Source: Basidiobolus meristosporus CBS 931.73 (lineage: Eukaryota > Fungi > Basidiobolomycota). From it: a DNA stretch of 64,000 nt. The notes under the pieces are model-generated. The model saw only the letters and a list, made by a program, of their open reading frames with translations. It made no database searches and was not told the origin of the DNA. The DNA lies in assembly GCA_002104905.1 (NCBI GenBank), contig MCFE01000084.1, positions 114,274 to 178,273 on the forward strand. Direction: 5' to 3'. Both the position numbers and the translations under genes were made by a program. This document shows positions 54,083 through 62,998 of this stretch, piece after piece (position 1 is the first letter of the stretch; each line of letters begins with the position of its first letter).

Positions 54083-54598
54083 ATGACCACCCTGGAGGAC
54101 ACCCTAACAGGTGCGATTAATATTCCCTTGGACGATTTACGAGAACATCTTGCCGAAATCCCGACGAATAGGCCGGTTGTCCTATACTGTATTATAGGAC
54201 TGCGCGGATATCTGGCTCAACGCATATTAATGGGGCATGGATATCGCAATGCACGTAATTTGATTGGGGGTTGTAAGACTTAGGTCCCCAAGCCATTCCC
54301 TGTGCCTTCTTCCCAGTCAGCTGCTACTCCCACAGAAACTCCTTCAGTTGCCTTGAAGGTAAATGTTTGTGCTTTACAATGCCCCGGGCCTATCTTGCGG
54401 GTGAAGCAAGCGATGGATAAGATTGCTATTGGTGAACGTGTGGAAATCATTGCTACTGACGCAGGTTTAGCTCGTGATGCTGCTGCATGGTGCAATGCCA
54501 CAGGAAACCAACTAGTTGAGAAGCATGAAGAAAAAGGACGCTACACAATTATTCTTGAAAAGGCCGCGCCTACTGTTATATCCAATTCAACACTGTAG
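54083..54598 (+). pseudogene. Bacterial-type rhodanese + SirA/TusA fragment of a CoA-disulfide reductase-rhodanese-SirA-DsrE fusion; in-frame TAG at 54281-54283
   Basis: GAINIPLDDLREHLAEIP..VLYCIIGLRGYLAQRIL..RNLIGGCKT* continues in the same frame into CALQCPGPILRVKQAMD..GERVEIIATDAGLARDAAAWCNATGN. No introns; both flanking domains are missing. Confidence 0.85.
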
Positions 54599-54846
54599 AT
54601 AAACCATTCACTAGAATCTTATTCTTGTTCCCACTTGCAACATAGAACTGTTTATAACGTGAAAAACCTTCTAAATCCGAGGATATATGCTAGTTCAATC
54701 GAACTGTTTACAGCGTGAGTAATTTTGTAAATCTAAGGATATATGCTAGTTCAATCAAAAACTTCCTTTCCCGCTAAATCAGCCCATAAATCCCCGATGC
54801 TTCCTTGATTGAAAAATCAAGATATATTTGCATATTTATTGCTTTG

Positions 54847-55665
54847 TTATGCATCATACACCAATTTGAAACTTTCCCTTGATGATACCCTTGTCAGATA
54901 CTGTTGTAGGTTAGGTCTTCCTGAGAACACTACATCGCCCTTGATTGACTTTAGATGGACCAGTAATGGGATGACGTGGACGTCAGCAGCTGTATACTTC
55001 ACCCCCACAACATAAGGCCCACTCACTAACTGGTCCTCTAACTGATCCAGGAACAATTCTGCCTTTTGCCATTCAGCTCTGTGGAGATCAAATAGAGGCT
55101 GTGCTTGTTCAGGATACTTGTAGGCAACTAGGAAAGAATTCGTTTGCTGTAGCTTCTCACGATAAAATGGTGTATCTTGTTGCTGAATGAACTCGGCCAA
55201 GGCTTTTACACGACCCTCGAAAAATCCTTCTACAAAGGCCTTCTTATGCTCCAGTTCAACAAAATCTGATGGAGAAAACACTAAGAGAAACCCATCAATA
55301 CTGTGTGCTTCCTTAATCCAGTGAGTAATAGTTGCCATATCACTGGTGGAGTATAACTCAGTTCCAGGATAGTTGGCATCAAGATACTCGGTAATGGCAG
55401 TGGAATCATCCAAAATCTGTTTAGTATCTGTGTTTACTAAGGTAGGGACAGTGGCATTTTTGTTGATCCTAGAACAAATGGTTACATTGGTGCAGAAGGC
55501 AATAGCCACATTACTATCTTACCGAAGGTATTCAGGCGAAAAGTTTTCTCCAGCAGCCAGATTCACCTCAATCACCTCGATGTCCGTAATATTCTTTTCA
55601 GCCAAAGTAAGACGAACTGATCTTGGCCACAGCGCTTGCTTGAAGGAGTAAAACTTGACTGGCAT
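54847..55665 (-). CDS. Glutathione S-transferase, 254 aa; intron 55522-55469
   Basis: MPVKFYSFKQALWPRSVRLTLAEK..ENFSPEYL-R-INKNATVPTL..ILDDSTAITEYLD; C-terminal YVVGVKYTAADVH. Confidence 0.88.
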
Positions 55666-56459
55666 ATTTTGAATATCGAGTTGTGCAGAGCGTTGATCTT
55701 ATATAGAAGAGGAGGTGATAGTTCTGCTGGATGGTGACAGCTATTGATTGGTGTACAACGTTCGGCATATTCATCGGACCGCAAACTGCTTACCGCTTTG
55801 GGATTATCTTAGATCCGTGCTCAGCTTCGCAGCTTTTCCTGTTCTTTTTATACTCTATGACTAGTGTCACCCTGCTAATTCAATCTGATTGCCAAATTGG
55901 GTGGTTAAAGGATTCTGCAGGTATCGTGCCTAATAAAGTAATTTTCATAGTGATTGGTAAGCAATTTAATTTCAAACATAGAAACCTACGTTAACAGTGG
56001 CATTTAAGCCTGTTACTGGGTCTTATTTGCAACAAGCAAAGATGCATTTGCGTGTAAGCAAATAGATGCCTTATGGATATCAATAGTAAATCATGCTCCA
56101 TTGACATCAACTCCCATCTTGCTTATAGGGTTTCTTAAGTGCTCAGAATATCTAACGTTACTGGATATGGTGACTTTCTACATATTTGAAAGCCAAGACT
56201 TGCGCAAGGTCAGTACCAATAGCAACAGTCATATTGAAAATCAACAACAAACAATTGCGATCTATATCTTGCGTCAAAATAACTTCATAATAGTCCCAGT
56301 GTATGGATTGATGTTATAACTGCAGTATTATATGCTTACTGCCCAGCTACTGTTAGTATTACTCGCCAACAATATGAACAGATCCAATAAATTGTGTTGA
56401 AGACCCAACCATTTGTAGTTGGCCACTCATAAGGCTGCACTTAGGATTAGGGGGGAGGA

Positions 56460-56518
56460 TGTTGTAAGAGTCTTGAAGATACTGGAAGTGATAAGGAGGA
56501 CAAGTAGATTATGCGGTT
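56460..56518 (-). mobile_element. Truncated Copia LTR (59 bp) fused to the 3' end of the telomeric LINE
   Basis: TGTTGTAAGAGTCTTGAAGATACTGGAAGTG..GATTATGCGGTT matches the LTR start and stops at GGTT. Confidence 0.88.
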
Positions 56519-56580
56519 AGGGGGGGAGACAGTCACCAACAGGTGAAATCTTTATTTCAGTTGAAACAAAGAAGCCAGCG

Positions 56581-59349
56581 CTACTGTTGTAGCTTTGATA
56601 CAAGAGTGTGTAGCTGAGGGGAATTTGTAGGTAAGTTAATAAGAAGTGATGATAGTTCATCAGTGCTCAAGACACTGTTCAGTGGGAAGGGGGGTAGCAA
56701 GAGAGGTAAGAATGACTTGTGAACAACATTAATGAGGGGAATGTGATAAGGATTGATATTCATCATAAAGGGAGTGTGCTGCTGCAGATATTGCTGCCAA
56801 AGGTCTGTCAAGTACTTCAGGTAGGCCAGCTTGGGTTTTTCTGACTGCAGAATATAGTGAGCAAACTTCTTGACTTCAGGATCTCCAAGTATAGTTCTCC
56901 AGCAGGAGCCAGGTGTAGTGTGGTGTGTTTTCTTCCAGGCCTTAATCAGTGGGTTGTTGCAGTTGTGAAGTCTGAGGTATAATCTGGTTCTAAGGTAGAG
57001 AAGTCTGATCTTATAGGGCATAAACCCAAAAGCACCAAGAATAGCATGTCTGTAGGGGCATTCAGGCAAATGAGGCACCAAGGAGGTAATGCACCATACT
57101 GCAAACTTGTCAAGCTTAGTGCAGTCTCTAGAAGTAAGAGAGAGAAGTGGTAAGCCAAATTCCAGGACAGGGAAGACAAACTGCTTGAGTAGAAGGAGGC
57201 AGCTGGGAGCTGAAGTTGTAGGAGGAGTAACAGCCAGTAGCTTGTGGAGTGCCTGTCTTGCCAGGATAATTCTCTTCTTCAGGTGTGCTCCAGAGTCTAG
57301 TCCAGTAGGAAGGAAAGGAAAGCCAAGATATGTAGCAGAAACCTGAGCAGGTAGAGTGGAGTTCTCCAAGTTGATGGGAGAGCCCAAAGGTACTGTCTTT
57401 GCAATGGAAAGCTGGAGATTATTGTTCTGCAGATACTGGTGGATGGTCTGGGAGTCTTGTTGCACATTGGAGGAGGATATTCTGATGTCATCAGCAAAGA
57501 GAGTAACCAGGCAGTCAGCTGAGAGTCTTGGGAAATCATTCAGGAAGATGGCAAACAGTATAGGACCAAGCACAGAGCCTTGAACCACTCCATTAGGAAC
57601 TGAGAACACAGCTGATTGCTCACTTGGGTGCAGAATTCTTGCTTGTGGATCCAGAAACAGAGACCTGACAAGGAGGGTGAGAGAGGTACTGGAGAAGCAT
57701 TGCAACTTGGACCAAAGCAGATTTCTGTCAACTGAATCAAAGGCCTTAGTAATATCAAACAGAACAGAGGGATGCTTGCACTGGAGAGAGAGATCTTGGC
57801 TAAGTATGACTGCATATTCCAAGGAGAGGCCAGGAACAAAGCCAAACTGTGCAGGATGAAACTTGAGGGAGTCAGAGTAGAGCTCCTGAGCAAGCAGAAG
57901 CTCAAACACCTTTCTGCAGGTGGGCAGCAGAGATATTGGCCTGTAGGAGCTAGGATCCAGGTGCTTTCCTTTACCCTTGTACAGTGGCAGAACATTTGCA
58001 AAGGACCATTCCTCAGGAGTAGAAAGCTGGGCCAAGCATTGCTGAAACAGTGGAAGCAGAAGTGCAGACATGGCCTTGGTACTAGTCTTCAGAAGCTCAT
58101 AGGAGATTGTGTCCACACCTGGAGCAGTAGAGTTGGGAAGCCTCTTGAGTACATTGTGGATTCTCCCTTGATCAAGTGCAAGTGGGATGGGCAGAGTCTT
58201 GAAGTCAGGATGAAAGCCAGGAGTTGAGTACTGCTTTGTAGAGAAGAAGATGTTAGCCAGCTGTTCTGTTGAAGGTAACTTCCTGGAAGAGGGCCTCATT
58301 GCCCTGTAGAGTCTTGATACTGTTCTTGTTATAGAGTTGGAAGATTGCAGAGGCAAAGAGCTCATAATATGATCCCAGAGCTGAGTATGCAGAGTGTGGT
58401 GAATTGCCTTGGAGTGGTGTATTGCTGTCAGGAGGAGTTTCTCTGTTTTTGGGTTAGGGAAACTCAGGTAGCTTTGTTGCAGGGCTGAAACAATGGATTC
58501 CCATTTTCTTGAGGTAACAGCAGTAGTCTTGCATGGCAATGAGAGGGAGGCAGAGACCAGAATCAGATGCTTCACAAAGAGCCAGGCATAGTTGAGATCA
58601 TCTGGCAGAGAAAGTAGCAAACTGGCAAGCTTCAAGTAGTTCCCAAAGTCTTTCTTCTGATTCTTGGTAGCTTTGTGGGTGAGCACAGTAAGTTTTGGCA
58701 GCTTCTTCTTCACAACTGGTTGCATAGAAAGGGACCAGGCTGGGTGGTCAGAGGCTCTCAAGGATCCTAGCTCAGCTCCAGAAAATTGCTTAACTTCATT
58801 CACAAAGTAGAGGGCAGCAGCAGAAGGGCAGATCCAGTCAACACATCTTTTCTCAGATTGGGCACCTAGTGCTAGCAGATGGCTTTCTCTCAGGAAGTTC
58901 AGTAGGAATGTAGACCTTGGCTTCATTCTTGCAGTCAAAGTAGTCTTGTTCTCAGGATGGGGAATGTTGAGATCTCCAAGCAAGATAACAGGTGTTGATA
59001 TAGATTGCTGGTATTGCTGAACTTTCTGGCATATAACTTGCACTTCCTGAAGGGCAAGACTTGGAGGCAGAGAGCAGAGCACCAGACTGATAGTTGGCAA
59101 CTGGAGAGCAGCACAGTAAGGGGAGTAAAGAGGGACACAGAGCTGAGGAGTATTGATGGTAGAAGAGATGAAGCAGATAGAGGAGGTATTCTTTGTTCTA
59201 GGAGTAGAAAAGCAATATAGATTAGTCAAAAGTATAGAGGGTAGCTGGACATCAATCAAACACAGGAGGGAAAATCTTGAAAGAAGTCTCTCTAGAGTTG
59301 GTCTTGATGGCTGTATGCTGTTGCAGTTAAGCAACAGAACTTCAGGTAG
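56581..59349 (-). CDS. LINE ORF2 (922 codons, no ATG at its start): APE endonuclease + reverse transcriptase; no RNase H or CCHC seen
   Basis: APE motifs VLLLNCNSI, ILLGDLN, VDWI, SDH. RT motifs APGVDTI, SYRPISLLP..KVFE, FDITKAFDSV, GVVQGSVLGPILF, LFADD, TYLGF. Confidence 0.93.
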   Translation of the reverse strand, partial: LPEVLLLNCNSIQPSRPTLERLLSRFSLLCLIDVQLPSILLTNLYCFSTPRTKNTSSICFISSTINTPQLCVPLYSPYCAALQLPTISLVLCSLPPSLALQEVQVICQKVQQYQQSISTPVILLGDLNIPHPENKTTLTARMKPRSTFLLNFLRESHLLALGAQSEKRCVDWICPSAAALYFVNEVKQFSGAELGSLRASDHPAWSLSMQPVVKKKLPKLTVLTHKATKNQKKDFGNYLKLASLLLSLPDDLNYAWLFVKHLILVSASLSLPCKTTAVTSRKWESIVSALQQSYLSFPNPKTEKLLLTAIHHSKAIHHTLHTQLWDHIMSSLPLQSSNSITRTVSRLYRAMRPSSRKLPSTEQLANIFFSTKQYSTPGFHPDFKTLPIPLALDQGRIHNVLKRLPNSTAPGVDTISYELLKTSTKAMSALLLPLFQQCLAQLSTPEEWSFANVLPLYKGKGKHLDPSSYRPISLLPTCRKVFELLLAQELYSDSLKFHPAQFGFVPGLSLEYAVILSQDLSLQCKHPSVLFDITKAFDSVDRNLLWSKLQCFSSTSLTLLVRSLFLDPQARILHPSEQSAVFSVPNGVVQGSVLGPILFAIFLNDFPRLSADCLVTLFADDIRISSSNVQQDSQTIHQYLQNNNLQLSIAKTVPLGSPINLENSTLPAQVSATYLGFPFLPTGLDSGAHLKKRIILARQALHKLLAVTPPTTSAPSCLLLLKQFVFPVLEFGLPLLSLTSRDCTKLDKFAVWCITSLVPHLPECPYRHAILGAFGFMPYKIRLLYLRTRLYLRLHNCNNPLIKAWKKTHHTTPGSCWRTILGDPEVKKFAHYILQSEKPKLAYLKYLTDLWQQYLQQHTPFMMNINPYHIPLINVVHKSFLPLLLPPFPLNSVLSTDELSSLLINLPTNSPQLHTLVSKLQQ

Positions 59350-60858
59350 TCAGGCAGAGGTTGTAGCTTCTTCAGAGGCAGCATTGACAATGTGACCTGC
59401 AGAGTCCCAGAGCTCTTCAAATGGTGCATCACTTAAGTCAGCAAGGAGGGAAATGGCATGATTCTTGAGGAAGTATGCCACATCATAGGAGGGGGCTTGT
59501 CTCTTGATGGCAGCAAAGAAAGACAGAATGGCAACATGGGCTGGAGGCTTGTTGAACAGTAGAGAGTCAGAGGACTCAGATTCTTCAGGCACTATCTTGA
59601 AGTCAGTTTTCAGCCAGTTAAGGTTCTTCTCCACAAAGGCAACAAATGGGTCAGCAATGTTTTGGTCTAGGATAACCTCCAGAATCTTCCCTTTTCTCCA
59701 GGCCAGGTTGACAATTCTTGAGAGCTGAATATTGCATGCCTTGAGTGCTTTCCTGATGTTGGAAATGGGAGTCCAGGGAACTTGCTTCAAGTACACCACA
59801 GTCCAGGTAAAAGCTGGTGGTAGGTTTGCTGGAGGCTTGTAAGTCCTTCTGTGTTGCAATGGAGCTGCAGTAGTCAGATTGGAGTCCACATTCTCAGTAG
59901 AGGGTTTTCTTGATGTGTCTTGCTGAATGGTACTGGAGCTGGATGTGCTGATAATTCTTGCTAGAACCTTGCCTGCATAAGTCTGAGGTATAGCTGAGGT
60001 GACTGTAGAGGTGGTGGCAGCTGGTGCAGGTGGAGAGGCAGAAACTGAAGCAGGAACTGAGGTCACCTGGGAGAAGGCAGTAGAAGCAGGTTTTCTGGGA
60101 GGAACAGAGTTTACTATCCAGTTGTTCTGTAAAACACTGGAGTAGCTTTTCTGTGGAACAGGATCTTGCTCTTGAACAGGAACAGAAGTAGGAGGCTGGG
60201 GCTGAGCAGTAGTGGTAAGGCAGTGGCACTCCAAGGAAGCTTTTTGCAAGGCATCTCTGGCAGTTTTCAGGGCAGTATTGGCTTCATTCTTGAGCTTCTT
60301 GCATTGAGCATCCAGTCTCTTGTTTTCAATAGCCAGGGCAGTATTGGCAGCCTCTAAATCAGCAATTCTCTTCTCAATTGCAAGGAATCTCTGAAGAAAT
60401 GCATCAGTAGAAGTGCTGGCATCTGGGAGAGCAGTGGCAGGAATAGTGTCCATTGACAGTGGGCTTCTTGGAGGCAAGGAAAGTGGACTGGCAGATTCAG
60501 GCACAAAAGGAGATATCCTGGCAGGAGGAGAAGGAGTATCCAAGGCAGTAACAGAGGCAATTCTTGTTGGTGAAGCAGCAGCAGGGGAGGCAAGCCTGTT
60601 CAGAAACTGGGCAGGAGAGAGTGCTTGAGGAGAGGGAGTCTTCAGCTTGCCAAGCATGTCTTCCATCAGAGTGATACCAATATTCCTGGTGCATTTGCAG
60701 AGAAAAGTAAGCTTCCTGAGTCTGCCAGCTCTTCCATTCCTTCTGATAGTTCCTTTGTTTCCACAGTTGGGGCAGGAAATCTTCTTGACAGACTTGTCAA
60801 AGCAATCAAGAACTTTCCTTTCAGGTGTAGTAGGCTCCTGTTGAGGTTTTGGTGGCAT
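59350..60858 (-). CDS. LINE ORF1 (502 aa from ATG 60858): N-terminal zinc ribbon, coiled coil, Pro/Ser/Thr-rich linker, putative RRM-like C-terminus
   Basis: CPNCGNKG..FLCKC; heptads LAIEKRIADLEAANTALAIENKRLDAQCKKLKNEA; TVVYLKQVP..RKAL..IVNLAWR..LEV. Confidence 0.8.
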   Translation of the reverse strand: MPPKPQQEPTTPERKVLDCFDKSVKKISCPNCGNKGTIRRNGRAGRLRKLTFLCKCTRNIGITLMEDMLGKLKTPSPQALSPAQFLNRLASPAAASPTRIASVTALDTPSPPARISPFVPESASPLSLPPRSPLSMDTIPATALPDASTSTDAFLQRFLAIEKRIADLEAANTALAIENKRLDAQCKKLKNEANTALKTARDALQKASLECHCLTTTAQPQPPTSVPVQEQDPVPQKSYSSVLQNNWIVNSVPPRKPASTAFSQVTSVPASVSASPPAPAATTSTVTSAIPQTYAGKVLARIISTSSSSTIQQDTSRKPSTENVDSNLTTAAPLQHRRTYKPPANLPPAFTWTVVYLKQVPWTPISNIRKALKACNIQLSRIVNLAWRKGKILEVILDQNIADPFVAFVEKNLNWLKTDFKIVPEESESSDSLLFNKPPAHVAILSFFAAIKRQAPSYDVAYFLKNHAISLLADLSDAPFEELWDSAGHIVNAASEEATTSA

Positions 60859-61039
60859 ATCCAGAGTTTCAGCTTCAAATTTCAATTTTGAGATTTTTGG
60901 GTGATTTTTGATGGGCGGGATCAAAATTAGGGTTAGGGTTGCGCGCTGTGACTGCTTTTTACGATCGCAAGGTCAGAACCTAGGAAAATATAAAAATAGT
61001 TAGTAAAGGTGATTTAATGGATGGATGGATGGATTTGGA

Positions 61040-62998
61040 GTTAGGGGGGAGACAGTCACCAACAGGTGAAATCTTTATTTCAGTTGAAACAAAGAAGCCA
61101 GCGCTACTGTTGTAGCTTTGATACAAGAGTGTGTAGCTGAGGGGAATTTGTAGGTAAGTTAATAAGAAGTGATGATAGTTCTTCAGTGCTCAAGACACTG
61201 TTCAGTGGGAAGGGGGGTAGCAAGAGAGGTAAGAATGACTTGTGAACAACATTAATGAGGGGAATGTGATAAGGATTGATATTCATCATAAAGGGAGTGT
61301 GCTGCTGCAGATATTGCTGCCAAAGGTCTGTCAAGTACTTCAGGTAGGCCAGCTTGGGTTTTTCTGACTGCAGAATATAGTGAGCAAACTTCTTGACTTC
61401 AGGATCTCCAAGTATAGTTCTCCAGCAGGAGCCAGGTGTTAGTGTGGTGTGTTTCTTCCAGGCCTTAATCAGTGGGTTGTTGCAGTTGTGAAGTCTGAGG
61501 TATAATCTGGTTCTAAGGTAGAGAAGTCTGATCTTATAGGGCATAAACCCAAAAGCACCAAGAATAGCATGTCTGTAGGGGCATTCAGGCAAATGAGGCA
61601 CCAAGGAGGTAATGCACCATACTGCAAACTTGTAAGCTTAGTGCAGTCTCTAGAAGTAAGAGAGAGAAGTGGTAAGCCAAATTCCAGGACAGGGAAGACA
61701 AACTGCTTGAGTAGAAGGAGGCAGCTGGGAGCTGAAGTTGTAGGAGGAGTAACAGCCAGTAGCTTGTGGAGTGCCTGTCTTGCCAGGATAATTCTCTTCT
61801 TCAGGTGTGCTCCAGAGTCTAGTCCAGTAGGAAGGAAAGGAAAGCCAAGATATGTAGCAGAAACCTGAGCAGGTAGAGTGGAGTTCTCCAAGTTGATGGG
61901 AGAGCCCAAAGGTACTGTCTTTGCAATGGAAAGCTGGAGATTATTCTTCTGCAGATACTGGTGGATGGTCTGGGAGTCTTGTTGCACATTGGAGGAGGAT
62001 ATTCTGATGTCATCAGCAAAGAGAGTAACCAGGCAGTCAGCTGAGAGTCTTGGGAAATCATTCAGGAAGATGGCAAACAGTATAGGACCAAGCACAGAGC
62101 CTTGAACCACTCCATTAGGAACTGAGAACACAGCTGATTGCTCACTTGGGTGCAGAATTCTTGCTTGTGGATCCAGAAACAGAGACCTGACAAGGAGGGT
62201 GAGAGAGGTACTGGAGAAGCATTGCAACTTGGACCAAAGCAGATTTCTGTCAACTGAATCAAAGGCCTTAGTAATATCAAACAGAACAGAGGGATACTTG
62301 CACTGGAGAGAGTGATCTTGGCTAAGTATGACTGCATATTCCAAGGAGAGGCCAGGAACAAAGCCAAACTGTGCAGGATGAAACTTGAGAGAGTCAGAGT
62401 AGAGCTCCTGAGCAAGCAGAAGCTCAAACACCTTTCTGCAGGTGGGCAGCAGAGATATTGGCCTGTAGGAGCTAGGATCCAGGTGCTTTCCTTTACCCTT
62501 GTACAGTGGCAGAACATTTGCAAAGGACCATTCCTCAGGAGTAGAAAGCTGGGCTGAGCATTGCTGAAACAGTGGAAGCAGAAGTGCAGACATGGCCTTG
62601 GTACTAGTCTTCAGAAGCTCATAGGAGATTGTGTCCACACCTGGAGCAGTAGAGTTGGGAAGCCTCTTGAGCACATTATGGATTCTCCTTTGATCAAGTG
62701 CAAGTGGGATGGGCAGAGTCTTGAAGTCAGGATGAAAGCCAGGAGTTGAGTACTGCTTTGTAGAGAAGAAGATGTTAGCCAGCTGTTCTGTTGAAGGTAA
62801 CTTCCTGGAAGAGGGCCTCATTGCCCTGTAGAGTCTTGATACTGTTCTTGTTATAGAGTTGGAAGATTGCAGAGGCAAGGAACTCATAATATGATCCCAG
62901 AGCTGAGTATGCAGAGTGTGGTGAATTGCCTTGGAGTGGTGTATTGCTGTCAGGAGGAATTTCTCTGTTTTTGGGTTAGGGAAGCTCAGGTAGCTTTG
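61040..62998 (-). mobile_element. 5'-truncated copy 2 of the telomeric LINE, ~99% identical to 56516-58476, with three single-base indels
   Basis: Same 3' end GTTAGGGGGGAGACAGTC; ~13 substitutions by eye; +1 at ~61440, -1 at ~61453, -1 at ~61633; ends at ..GGTAGCTTTG. Confidence 0.95.

Larger units (their letters stand above)
56516..61039 (-). mobile_element. Apparently full-length telomere-associated non-LTR retrotransposon (ORF1 + APE-RT ORF2), copy 1
   Basis: Two long ORFs; 3' UTR of ~60 bp with AATAAA, ending ..GTCTCCCCCCCTAAC with no poly(A); TTAGGGTTAGGGTT at 60927-60940. The 5' boundary lies at either 60926 or 61039. Confidence 0.92.

Noticed and set aside
54083-54598. Bacterial contamination as the explanation for the rhodanese-SirA fragment
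   Set aside because: Provisionally rejected: it is short, mutated (premature stop, DACG>NVCA) and contiguous with an intron-bearing GST and a host LINE relic. Read-level confirmation is still needed.
59332-59334. TTG start given for ORF2 in the ORF track
   Set aside because: It reflects a prokaryotic start rule; the frame is open back to the ORF1 stop at 59350-59352 and the APE motif begins upstream of this TTG.
56581-59349. Possibility that the telomeric element is a Penelope-like (Athena/Coprina) element or a TERT
   Set aside because: The RT has LINE-type motifs (YRPISLL, QGSVLGP, FADD) and an N-terminal APE domain; no GIY-YIG or TERT-specific motifs are seen.
61430-61640. Programmed frameshifting in LINE copy 2
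   Set aside because: The three single-base indels are absent from copy 1 and look like decay or long-read errors; no slippery heptamer is present.
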